The position numbers were made by a program, and so were the translations under genes. The notes under the pieces are model-generated. The model ran no database searches and was not told the DNA's origin. It was given only the letters and a program-made list of their open reading frames with translations. Shown here piece after piece: positions 19,261-27,236 of a DNA stretch of 64,000 nucleotides. How positions within the stretch are numbered: position 1 is the first letter of the stretch; every line of letters begins with the position of its first letter. The stretch comes from an uncultured Candidatus Bathyarchaeia archaeon. GTDB taxonomy: Archaea > Thermoproteota > Bathyarchaeia > Bathyarchaeales > Bathycorpusculaceae. Where the stretch lies: contig CAZZMT010000108.1 in the NCBI GenBank assembly GCA_964655395.1, positions 9,427-73,426 on the forward strand, given 5' to 3'.

Positions 19261-19566
19261 ATGCCAAAATTCTATGTGAAGTGGTGGTTGGAGCCGACTA
19301 AAGTGCCTGTTGATGCTGAGCAGAGAGTTAAGGGGTGGCTTTCAATGCTTGAAATGATTAAGGCGAGCATGAATGCGGGCGTAACGAAAGATTGGGGAAT
19401 GGCTGCTGGAGGAGACTTCGGATATACGATCAGCGAGGCAGCAAACGAGGCGGAACTCTTCACCCGGTTGCTTGCATGGATACCCTTCGCTCACTTTGAA
19501 GTAGTGCCAATAATAACAGTTGATCAAGCTATAGATGCAATTAAAAAAGCAGCAGCGAAAAAGTAA
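19261..19566 (+). CDS. small conserved hypothetical protein (DUF3303-like pattern)
   Basis: ATG 19261 lies 8 nt after GGGGAGGTGA. The ~100-aa sequence MPKFYVKWW...GGDFGYTISEAANEAELFTRLLAWIPFAHFEVVPI resembles small DUF3303-type proteins, recalled from memory and not verified. Confidence 0.45.
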   Translation: MPKFYVKWWLEPTKVPVDAEQRVKGWLSMLEMIKASMNAGVTKDWGMAAGGDFGYTISEAANEAELFTRLLAWIPFAHFEVVPIITVDQAIDAIKKAAAKK

Positions 19567-19615
19567 ACCATCCAGAAACGTTTAAGCTCTCTTCTTTTCG
19601 CTTTGGGGATAACAG

Positions 19616-20041
19616 TTATGCTGCTCCTTTTATCTGACGCAGTATGACTTCTATGGAGACATACGCAATTATAAGAAGCGTTACTCCAACAATGAGCATC
19701 ATATACGCTTGTCTCGGGTTTGAAGCATACTTTGTACTCTGGTACATTAAAAGAGCACCAGCCGCGCCCAAGGCAAAGAGGGTTGTAGCAATAAGGCTGT
19801 CCCAAATAAACTGATCTGACAAGTATGGGTTAACAAACAGAAAGCCAACACTTGGGCTGTAATACGATGGCAGTGGTCTAGACACTATGTTGTATAATCC
19901 TCCTCCGAAAAGGAAAACTGCTATGGCTAGAGCGGCAGTCGCCAAAGCCATGTTAGAGGGTTTAATGGTGGTTAGCCTTCTGTAAATTTTGTTGAATGAG
20001 TATGGCATCGACGAAAACAGCCTTTTTACCCTACGGGCCAC
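19616..20041 (-). CDS. membrane protein (hypothetical, 3-4 TM)
   Basis: 141-aa hydrophobic ORF. Its start overlaps the upstream small ORF by 11 nt. Confidence 0.5.
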   Translation of the reverse strand: MARRVKRLFSSMPYSFNKIYRRLTTIKPSNMALATAALAIAVFLFGGGLYNIVSRPLPSYYSPSVGFLFVNPYLSDQFIWDSLIATTLFALGAAGALLMYQSTKYASNPRQAYMMLIVGVTLLIIAYVSIEVILRQIKGAA

Positions 20042-20258
20042 TTTGCTCCCCCAGTGTTTTTATTAGGTGTTCCGCCACTTCTTTCGCCCATTCGCCAGTG
20101 AAAGGATTTTTAACAATCTCCTTTAAATACTCTTTCCACGAAATATTCAAGGCTTTCTTCCAGACCTCATACTTTTCCACAACATTTTTGTAGGCTTTCG
20201 CATGTAACTCGCAATAGCCATCTAGAACTGCTTCTTTGTCACATATTGCGCATTTCAA
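20031..20258 (-). CDS. small Cys/His-containing protein (hypothetical)
   Basis: 75 aa with N-terminal CxxC...CxxH (MKCAICDKEAVLDGYCELH). It overlaps the topA 3' end by 20 nt. Confidence 0.5.
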   Translation of the reverse strand: MKCAICDKEAVLDGYCELHAKAYKNVVEKYEVWKKALNISWKEYLKEIVKNPFTGEWAKEVAEHLIKTLGEQSGP

Positions 20259-22329
20259 GGTTTCTCTCCTCCTTTGTGGGGCAGTTTGGATTGAAACAGA
20301 GGTTCCATGGGCGTCTACCCTTAATCCTTATTTGGACGGTTGGCCAACCGCACTTCTGGCATTTTTTACCAAGAGGTCTGGCAAGCCCTTTTTGGGGGAG
20401 TGGAAAGGCTGTGTTGCATTTCTTTTTAAAATAGTTTGTGCATCCGATGAAGCGTTTTCCGGTTTTTCTCGAGTAAAGGATCATAAGGGTTCCAGTTCCA
20501 CAGATGGGGCATTGTCCAATCATGCGTTCTTCAACTCTCGCTTTTTTTATGGCTTTGCTTAACTGTTCTCCGATAACCTTTTCTTTGCTCTTCAACTCTT
20601 CCACAACGGGCTTTAAAATTTCGACAACGTCCAAGAGGACGTTTTCCCGCTTCTCCATGTTTGCTTGAATCTTATCCATGCGCTCCTCAAGGTTTCTTGT
20701 CAACTTTATCGAAACAATGGAAGGGCAGTGCTTTTTCAAAACTTCGAGAACTTCGAATCCTAAGTCTGTTACAACCATTCTCTCGTCTCGGACGTACTTT
20801 CTGTCGTACAAGGTTTGGATAATGTCGGCTCTTGTGGCTTTTGTCCCTATGCCAGCTTCCTCCATTCTCCTCAGGAGGCTGCCCGGGTTATATCTTGGCG
20901 GAGGCTTTGTAAACTTGTCTTCTGAAATAACCCTAACAATTCGGAGGCTTTGTCCCCTCTCTATTTGAGGCAGAAGAACCTCTTCAGCTCTTACGTATGG
21001 TTCATAGAAGCGTAGCCACCCTTCTTTAAGCGTTTGTCTCCCCCTCAGGACGAATCTGTGCCCATTTACGTTAATGCACACTTTAACGCTTCGCCTTATG
21101 GCTGGCTCGCCGAAAACAGCCATAAACCTTCTAACAACTAAATCCCATATGCGTCTTTCAGGCTCCTCTAAAACCCTTTCTGGCAAGTTTCCCGTTGGGT
21201 AGATCGCCGGATGCGCCGGGTCCTCTTTCTTGCCCTCGTTTGGTTTCAATTCTTTTTTGGCTAGAAGCTCTGCGACAAGCTGACGATATTCTGGAACAGC
21301 GCTTAGGCTTTTGAGGATTCCCTCATAGTTTATTGCTGGTGGAAGTTTTTGGCTGCTTGTTCGCGGGTAAGAAATTAAAGCGTCTAGGTATAAGCGTTGA
21401 GCAATGTCTAAGGTTCTTCTCGGAGTGTATCCGAAAAGGCTGTACGCCTCGCTTTGCAGTGCACCGATATCAAAGGGTGTTGGCGGCATCTGCTGGAACT
21501 GTTTCTCTTCTGTGGTTTCAACAATTCCATCTCTGCCTTTACAAGCACCTAGAATTGCTTCAACTTCTTGTTTAGTTTCGATAACTTCCCTTTCATATTC
21601 AGCCTCGAAAATTTTCCCTTCTATTTCTATTTCAGCCTTGATTTGCCAATAAGGAGTGGGCACAAAACTTCTTATGGCTCTTTCTCTAGCCACCAGAAAC
21701 CGGAGGGTTGGGCCCTGCACTCTTCCCGTGCTTAGGGTCGCATACTTTCCACTCCAGTCTTTGGCAGCTAACGTTAACGCCCTTGTAAGGTTAACGCCGT
21801 ACAACCAGTCAACTTCATGTCTTGTTTTTCCAGCCTCTATTAGGGCGAAGTCAAGTTTTGGCAGAAGTTTTTTGTATGCATTTTCCAGCTCCTCCTTTGT
21901 TAGGGTGGAATATTTCATTCTTTTTGCCACGTTTTCTTTGCCGCCGCATGCATATTTCAATACGCAGTATCCGATGATGCTTCCTTCGATGTCGTAGTCA
22001 CATGCGTCAATATATGTGTCTGCGCCTTGTGCAAGTTTGGAGATGGTTTCAAGCCAAACTCGAATATGCTTTGTTCCCCTTTCAGCCATGTATCGGGGAA
22101 CCCATCGGAAATTGAAAACTGGATAATAGTTTCTCCCGATTTTCTCCTCCGCCACCGTGTAAAGGTGTCCTATGGCTGGGACAACCACTATTGGCTTGTC
22201 CCTTTCAGCCACGTAGTATGGTACACCGTTATCTTCAACTTTTTTGGCTTTACCGTTTCGATCGAGGGCTGAGGCTATCCTCTGGGCAGCATCCGGCTTT
22301 TCTGTAATGATGAGCGTGTATTTCTCCAT
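20239..22329 (-). CDS. topA: type IA DNA topoisomerase (archaeal TopA/Topo III-like) with C-terminal zinc ribbons
   Basis: 696 aa. Toprim N-terminus (LIITEKPDAAQRIA), active-site region SYPRTSSQ, and C-terminal CPICG...C and CQKCGWP zinc fingers. Confidence 0.93.
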   Translation of the reverse strand: MEKYTLIITEKPDAAQRIASALDRNGKAKKVEDNGVPYYVAERDKPIVVVPAIGHLYTVAEEKIGRNYYPVFNFRWVPRYMAERGTKHIRVWLETISKLAQGADTYIDACDYDIEGSIIGYCVLKYACGGKENVAKRMKYSTLTKEELENAYKKLLPKLDFALIEAGKTRHEVDWLYGVNLTRALTLAAKDWSGKYATLSTGRVQGPTLRFLVARERAIRSFVPTPYWQIKAEIEIEGKIFEAEYEREVIETKQEVEAILGACKGRDGIVETTEEKQFQQMPPTPFDIGALQSEAYSLFGYTPRRTLDIAQRLYLDALISYPRTSSQKLPPAINYEGILKSLSAVPEYRQLVAELLAKKELKPNEGKKEDPAHPAIYPTGNLPERVLEEPERRIWDLVVRRFMAVFGEPAIRRSVKVCINVNGHRFVLRGRQTLKEGWLRFYEPYVRAEEVLLPQIERGQSLRIVRVISEDKFTKPPPRYNPGSLLRRMEEAGIGTKATRADIIQTLYDRKYVRDERMVVTDLGFEVLEVLKKHCPSIVSIKLTRNLEERMDKIQANMEKRENVLLDVVEILKPVVEELKSKEKVIGEQLSKAIKKARVEERMIGQCPICGTGTLMILYSRKTGKRFIGCTNYFKKKCNTAFPLPQKGLARPLGKKCQKCGWPTVQIRIKGRRPWNLCFNPNCPTKEERNLEMRNM

Positions 22330-22470
22330 GTAAATACAGACCGTTAACCTATGGATTAAAGGTTCTCAAAAATAAGCATATGGCCAAAATTAAAAGTTTC
22401 TGTGCGTCCCCCTCTAGTAATCAATAAATACATGTTGCCCCTTTCCATTTGTACTGTTAGAGGTATTGTT

Positions 22471-22635
22471 ATGCCTCAAAAGGTTGTTTGCCACCAGTGT
22501 GGCTACGTTTTATATGAGGGGGCTGAACTGAAACCTCCGGACGAAATAATCCACAAGTATAACGGTAAATGCCCCAACTGTGGAAGAAAATTGGCGTTCA
22601 TTCCAATAAACATTGACATTAAACCATTCAAATAA
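22471..22635 (+). CDS. zinc-ribbon protein (hypothetical, 54 aa)
   Basis: MPQKVVCHQCGYVLYEG...GKCPNCGRKL has two CxxC pairs. The ATG at 22471 is preferred over the longer track ORF. Confidence 0.5.
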   Translation: MPQKVVCHQCGYVLYEGAELKPPDEIIHKYNGKCPNCGRKLAFIPINIDIKPFK

Positions 22636-22862
22636 TATGCAAGTGCCCGGAGCACCATGTTTTAGATATGTGGAACTCAGCTTTACGAAGTCCACAGCAA
22701 AATTGCTAAAATTTGGAACAGGTCTTGAGGCAATGTCTATCTTTCTCGTTTTACGACCAAGAAAGAGTATGGATACAAGCGAAAACACCTGCTTAGGTTC
22801 GGAACGCACCGTAAGGGAAATAAACATCTCAAATAATCTCTATTCAAAAGAGCTGAACACTG

Positions 22863-25124
22863 ATGAAGATCAAAAACATCTTCACAAAAGAAAACTTCCT
22901 AAACGCCGTTAAAAGCGTTGGAAAAATCCGCCCAAAGACAAGTCATACATCAATTTTGACAATAATCGCGTTGACGATGATCCTCATAATAGCCTTTGCC
23001 ATAAGACTTTTTCCAATGCGTTGGGAAATAGATCCAACAACTGGAAAATCAAACCTTTTACTATCTGAATTTGACCCATACTTCCAATACCGCTTCACAG
23101 AATACATCGTGAAAAACGGTTTTATAGCGTGGGCTTGGCCAAACCCGTGGAATGACACTCAACGATGGTATCCGCAAGGATTCAATGTAGCAAAGGGAGC
23201 CTTCCCAGGGCTACCCATGACAGCAGCCTTCCTCTACAAAATATTCTCAGTTTTAGGTGTTGGCATAGACCTCATGAGTTTTTGCGCGCTTTTCCCAGCC
23301 GTAATGGGGATGCTTGCTTGCCTCGCCATGTACTTTCTGGGAAAGGACATTGGCGGTACACCCGTAGGCCTTTTTGCAGCCCTTTTCTTGGCCATACACC
23401 CATCATACATCCAGCGTACATCCTTGGGCTTTTTTGACGACGAAACCGTTGGAATATTATCTCTAATAGTTTTTGCCTTCCTATTTTTGAGGGCAATTGA
23501 AGAGGACCGCCCATTAAATTCGACGGTGAAATATGCTCTTGCATCGGGAGCCTTTTTAGGGTATTTCTGTGCCAGCTGGGGGGCAGCCTTTTACCCCATA
23601 GGGCTTACTGCACTTTTTGTCTTTGTATTGTTAGTTATGAAAAGGTATACGAGGCGCCTTCTTTTGGCTTATAGCATAACTTTTGGCTTAGGGTTATTTA
23701 TTGCCATAAACGTTCCATACCTCACACCTAACTACCTTACCTCTACAGCTGTGGTTGCTGTTGCCGGAGTTTTTAGCTTGCTGGTTCTTGCCGAAATTTT
23801 AAATGCGATGCCGACGAGGCGATGGAAAGCCATAACAGTGATTGTTTTTCTAGCTTTGGTTGTTACAGTTTTTGCTGTTGCATGGCAGATGGGCTTTGTG
23901 CGAGGTTTAACTGGAAAGTTTCTTTCGGTTGTAAATCCCTTTACGCGGGCTGAGTCGCCGCTTTTTGAGTCGGTGGCTGAGCATCGGATATCTGCTTGGG
24001 GCACCATCTATTATGATCTTGGCATTGGAATAATATTCTCCGTAGCTGGTTTGTTTTTCGCCTGTGGAAACCTTGACAACAAAAATCTGTTTCTTTTGGT
24101 TTTTGGTTTAACTTCCCTCTATTTTGCATGTTCTATGGTGCGGCTGCTCGTGCTTATGGCACCATCCTACAGCCTACTAGTCGGTGTAGGTGTAACTGGC
24201 TTGTTGAGGCCTTTCTATACATTGTTGAGGGAACCGCCCAAACTTGGTGTAAAGCGAAAGTTTGGGTTGGAGCGTGTTGGAAAAGAGTTTAGCGGAGCTG
24301 CCATATTCATGATATTTTTAATTTTGATGACGAGTATAGCTTTTCCAATGCCTAGAGTTTACAGACAAGTCTATGCACCCACTACAATATCGTCTGGAAG
24401 CCTCTCTTTAGTGCCGGACAGACCTGTGCAAGAGTGGATAGACATGCTTTACTGGACTAGAACTAGACTGAATGCAACAACGGTTGTTTGCAGCTGGTGG
24501 GACTACGGATACTGGCTAACGGCACTGGGCAACGTCACAACGTTGGCGGACAACGCCACAGTAAATGGAACCCAAATACAAAACATTGGCTTTATATTCA
24601 TGGCTAACGAGACTCAAGCGATTAAAATGTTGAAACGCTATAACGTGGAATACATACTCGTCTACACAACAATAAAAACTGATGGAAGCTGGGCTGGAGC
24701 AGGCGGCGACGAAGGAAAATGGATCTGGATGGCCGCCATATCTGGAAAAGACCGTGAACGCTTTATTAGTCAAGGTTTAATTTCAGAGAGTGATATGTGG
24801 ACAAGCGACCTTGAAAAGATTAGACAGACTTTTGGGAACCTTACATTGGGGACCAATTGGCATGACTCAAACAATAATGGATATTATGACAGTGGAGACT
24901 CTATAAGCTCGAATCTCAGAGGGCAAAATACTGTGCTTTTTAAGTTGATGCGTTATGCGGTGGAGCGCTGGTTGCAAGAACAGGGAAAGCTTACATCGTT
25001 GTCGATACGGATTGAGCCGTACTTTGAAGAGGCGTATATTGCGGGGTTAACTAATGCACAAGGCTATTACGGGTATGTTCCGCTAGTCGCTCTCTACAAA
25101 GTTAATTACCCGTCAGAATCGTGA
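22863..25124 (+). CDS. aglB: archaeal oligosaccharyltransferase AglB (STT3 family)
   Basis: 753 aa with a multi-TM N-terminal half, the WWDYGYW catalytic motif, and a soluble C-terminal domain. Confidence 0.93.
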   Translation: MKIKNIFTKENFLNAVKSVGKIRPKTSHTSILTIIALTMILIIAFAIRLFPMRWEIDPTTGKSNLLLSEFDPYFQYRFTEYIVKNGFIAWAWPNPWNDTQRWYPQGFNVAKGAFPGLPMTAAFLYKIFSVLGVGIDLMSFCALFPAVMGMLACLAMYFLGKDIGGTPVGLFAALFLAIHPSYIQRTSLGFFDDETVGILSLIVFAFLFLRAIEEDRPLNSTVKYALASGAFLGYFCASWGAAFYPIGLTALFVFVLLVMKRYTRRLLLAYSITFGLGLFIAINVPYLTPNYLTSTAVVAVAGVFSLLVLAEILNAMPTRRWKAITVIVFLALVVTVFAVAWQMGFVRGLTGKFLSVVNPFTRAESPLFESVAEHRISAWGTIYYDLGIGIIFSVAGLFFACGNLDNKNLFLLVFGLTSLYFACSMVRLLVLMAPSYSLLVGVGVTGLLRPFYTLLREPPKLGVKRKFGLERVGKEFSGAAIFMIFLILMTSIAFPMPRVYRQVYAPTTISSGSLSLVPDRPVQEWIDMLYWTRTRLNATTVVCSWWDYGYWLTALGNVTTLADNATVNGTQIQNIGFIFMANETQAIKMLKRYNVEYILVYTTIKTDGSWAGAGGDEGKWIWMAAISGKDRERFISQGLISESDMWTSDLEKIRQTFGNLTLGTNWHDSNNNGYYDSGDSISSNLRGQNTVLFKLMRYAVERWLQEQGKLTSLSIRIEPYFEEAYIAGLTNAQGYYGYVPLVALYKVNYPSES

Positions 25125-25140
25125 AAAAGGGCGAGAAGCG

Positions 25141-26013
25141 TTGTTTCCAAAAGTTCCAGACTATCATAAGCCCAACAAGCCTCTTGTTCCAACCGGTTTA
25201 GGCGTCTTCTATGTGGTGGCAAGCTCTCTCTACCTTTTCCTGTTGCACTTATTCCTTGAAGGAGATGCGCATGCGGGCATTAACAAGGCTTTGACTTTGG
25301 CTGTGTGCATTTTGTTCGGCGGTTTTATGGGTTTGCTTGACGACTGGATGGACATGCGGTGGCGTTATAAAGCCTTCTTCCCATTGATAGCCGCAATCCC
25401 CCTTGTGGCTTTGGCTTATCGTTTGCCCTACGTGCGCACAGCCATAACTCTTCCAATAATCGGCACCGTAAACTTCGGAATCTATTATTATTTCATATTG
25501 ATTCCGTTAATTGTAACAGTAACCACAAACACTGTCAACCAGCTTGGCGGTTTAAACGGGTTGGAAACAGTCTGTCCCGCCATAGTTTTGGTTGGGCTTA
25601 TGATTTTGTCTGGACGTGATGCCATCCTATTAACGGTTCCTTTGGTTGTTTGGTTAACCCTTGCCTTCTTCAATTTTCAAGGCAAAATTTTTGTTGGCAA
25701 CACCGGCTCGTTTGCCATTGGGATAACGTTGGCAGCTTTCGCGATAATCTCAGACCTTAAATGGTGCTTGATAATTTCGATTTTACCCTACATTTTCAAT
25801 TCTTTGCTTATCTTGTTAAACTACTTCTTTTTCCGTGTAAAAGCAAACGTTCAATTCGACGGGGTGAAACTTGTTTCTAATCATAGGCGGAGCCTTATTA
25901 CGCTTATCACGTATAACCGTCCCATGACCGAGCGGCATGTGGTTGTCATCATCTCGCTTTTGGTGGCGCTGTCAACCTTCGTTGCTGTTGCTGTTCAATG
26001 GTTCATGTTGTAA
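25141..26013 (+). CDS. aglH: dolichyl-phosphate HexNAc-1-phosphate transferase (AglH/GPT, MraY-WecA superfamily)
   Basis: Motifs PDYHKPNKPLVPTGLG, DDWMD and NQLGGLNGLE. The TTG start sits 16 nt after the aglB stop. The ORF appears to lack the usual first TM helix (see finding). Confidence 0.82.
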   Translation: MFPKVPDYHKPNKPLVPTGLGVFYVVASSLYLFLLHLFLEGDAHAGINKALTLAVCILFGGFMGLLDDWMDMRWRYKAFFPLIAAIPLVALAYRLPYVRTAITLPIIGTVNFGIYYYFILIPLIVTVTTNTVNQLGGLNGLETVCPAIVLVGLMILSGRDAILLTVPLVVWLTLAFFNFQGKIFVGNTGSFAIGITLAAFAIISDLKWCLIISILPYIFNSLLILLNYFFFRVKANVQFDGVKLVSNHRRSLITLITYNRPMTERHVVVIISLLVALSTFVAVAVQWFML

Positions 26014-26173
26014 GCTAGACTGTTGTGTGTAATGTCTTGCTACACACAAAAGTCAATGATTTGTGGGCTGTGAGGGCTTATTCGAGGAGCCCATCAGAAA
26101 ATCCTCCAACACATGTTAATGTGAGGAATCAGCTATTTGCCCCACGCTTTACGTTCCAAACGTTTCGGTTAAA

Positions 26174-26611
26174 GTGGAAGCCACCAGCATTGTAGGAGTT
26201 AAACTGGACACGAAGGGAGGGGCTGGCGCCGTAAACTTTGAGGTTAAGGCAAGGCTTGAAGAGAAAGAGCGTAAAAGCCAAATGGTTGTTGTGGGCTTCA
26301 TTCTTCAATTGAACACTAAACCGGGCATTGTTAAATTTGAAGTTGAAGGCACTGCCACCTTAACTGGCAAGGATTCTGAAATAAACAGGATGTTAGAGGT
26401 TGACCCTGAAACAAAACTGCCTTACGTCTTTCAAAAAGTCTACCAACATGTTTTCACAGCCATGTACCTTCTGTCAACAATTCTGAACACGCCTCCACCG
26501 CCGGTAGACCTCCTACTTTTCGGGAGAGAAAATGTTTCAGCGGAAAGTGTGGACCTAGCCTCAGAAATAACAGAGAGTGTTGAAGAATCAAAGTCTGAAA
26601 ACCAGCCTTAA
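26174..26611 (+). CDS. hypothetical protein
   Basis: 145-aa ORF with a GTG start and no motif I can recognise. The C-terminal tail is acidic. Confidence 0.45.
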   Translation: MEATSIVGVKLDTKGGAGAVNFEVKARLEEKERKSQMVVVGFILQLNTKPGIVKFEVEGTATLTGKDSEINRMLEVDPETKLPYVFQKVYQHVFTAMYLLSTILNTPPPPVDLLLFGRENVSAESVDLASEITESVEESKSENQP

Positions 26612-26666
26612 AGACCTATTCTTTCGGAAGGATTTTATAGTTCTTTAGCTGTTCTTGTTGCTTGTC

Positions 26667-26729
26667 GGCGGGTGAGTGGGGCCTCCCACCCGTTCCGCCA
26701 TAAAAACCCCGGTGTTGGGAGGTGAAAAA
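26667..26729 (+). promoter_or_regulatory. GC-rich structured 5' leader with an anti-SD element upstream of queT (candidate riboregulator)
   Basis: GGCGG (26667-71) pairs with CCGCC (26695-99). An inner hairpin GUGGG/CCCAC (26676-80/26685-89) has a GCCU loop. CCUCCC (26682-87) is complementary to the SD GGGAGG (26717-22). The A-tract AUAAAAA (26700-06) is followed by CCCC, which is complementary to GGGG (26678-81). Confidence 0.3.
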
Positions 26730-27227
26730 TTGAAATTTGAAAGTGAAGATGTAGCTTTAACAGTGATTATCGCTGCCATTTATGCTGCTGGCGTTGTTTT
26801 CTTGGCGCCTATAAGCTTTGGGGTTTTCCAAGTGAGGATGGCTGACGCACTGTTGCCTTTAGCTACTCTCTTTGGTTTGCCAGTTGCGCTGGGAACGGGC
26901 TTCGGATGCTTTATAGCAAACTTTTACGGCGGTTTAGGCATAGTTGACGTTGTGGGAGGAGCCTTTGCAAACTTTGTTGCGTGTGTTTTGGCGCGGTTTA
27001 TCGGTGGAAAGACTATATTGCATAGGTTTGCATCTTGCCTCGTAGAAACCGCTATTGTAACGCTGGTTGTTGGAAGCTACTTATCAGCGCTTCTTGACGT
27101 GCCGATAGAGGCTAGTTTACTCGGGGTTTTCTTAGGCTCTGTGGTGGCAATAAACATTCTTGGCTTTAGCCTTTTAGAAGCGTTACACCGAAGTGGCGTA
27201 GCCAAAAGATTTGTGGAGAAAGGTTAG
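26730..27227 (+). CDS. queT: QueT-family 7-deazapurine precursor transporter (ECF S-component type)
   Basis: Membrane protein with FGVFQVRMADALLPL and ANFYGGLGIVDVVGGAFANF, typical of QueT. I prefer TTG 26730, 7 nt after the GGAGG core of GGGAGGTGA, over the track start at 26676, which lies inside the structured leader. Confidence 0.72.
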   Translation: MKFESEDVALTVIIAAIYAAGVVFLAPISFGVFQVRMADALLPLATLFGLPVALGTGFGCFIANFYGGLGIVDVVGGAFANFVACVLARFIGGKTILHRFASCLVETAIVTLVVGSYLSALLDVPIEASLLGVFLGSVVAINILGFSLLEALHRSGVAKRFVEKG

Positions 27228-27236
27228 CGTCTTTGC

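Noticed and set aside
22636-22862. 227-nt gene-free spacer upstream of aglB, examined for an ncRNA or C/D box (CTGATGA at 22860-22866)
   Set aside because: The CTGATGA overlaps the aglB start codon region. Only weak 4-6 bp stems are present and there is no box D partner at a proper distance. It is most simply the aglB promoter/5' UTR.
26023-26049. 9-bp perfect hairpin (TTGTGTGTA-N9-TACACACAA) 10 nt after the aglH stop
   Set aside because: It looks like a bacterial-type terminator stem, but it lacks a following oligo-T tract, and archaeal termination does not need hairpins. There is no further evidence for an ncRNA.
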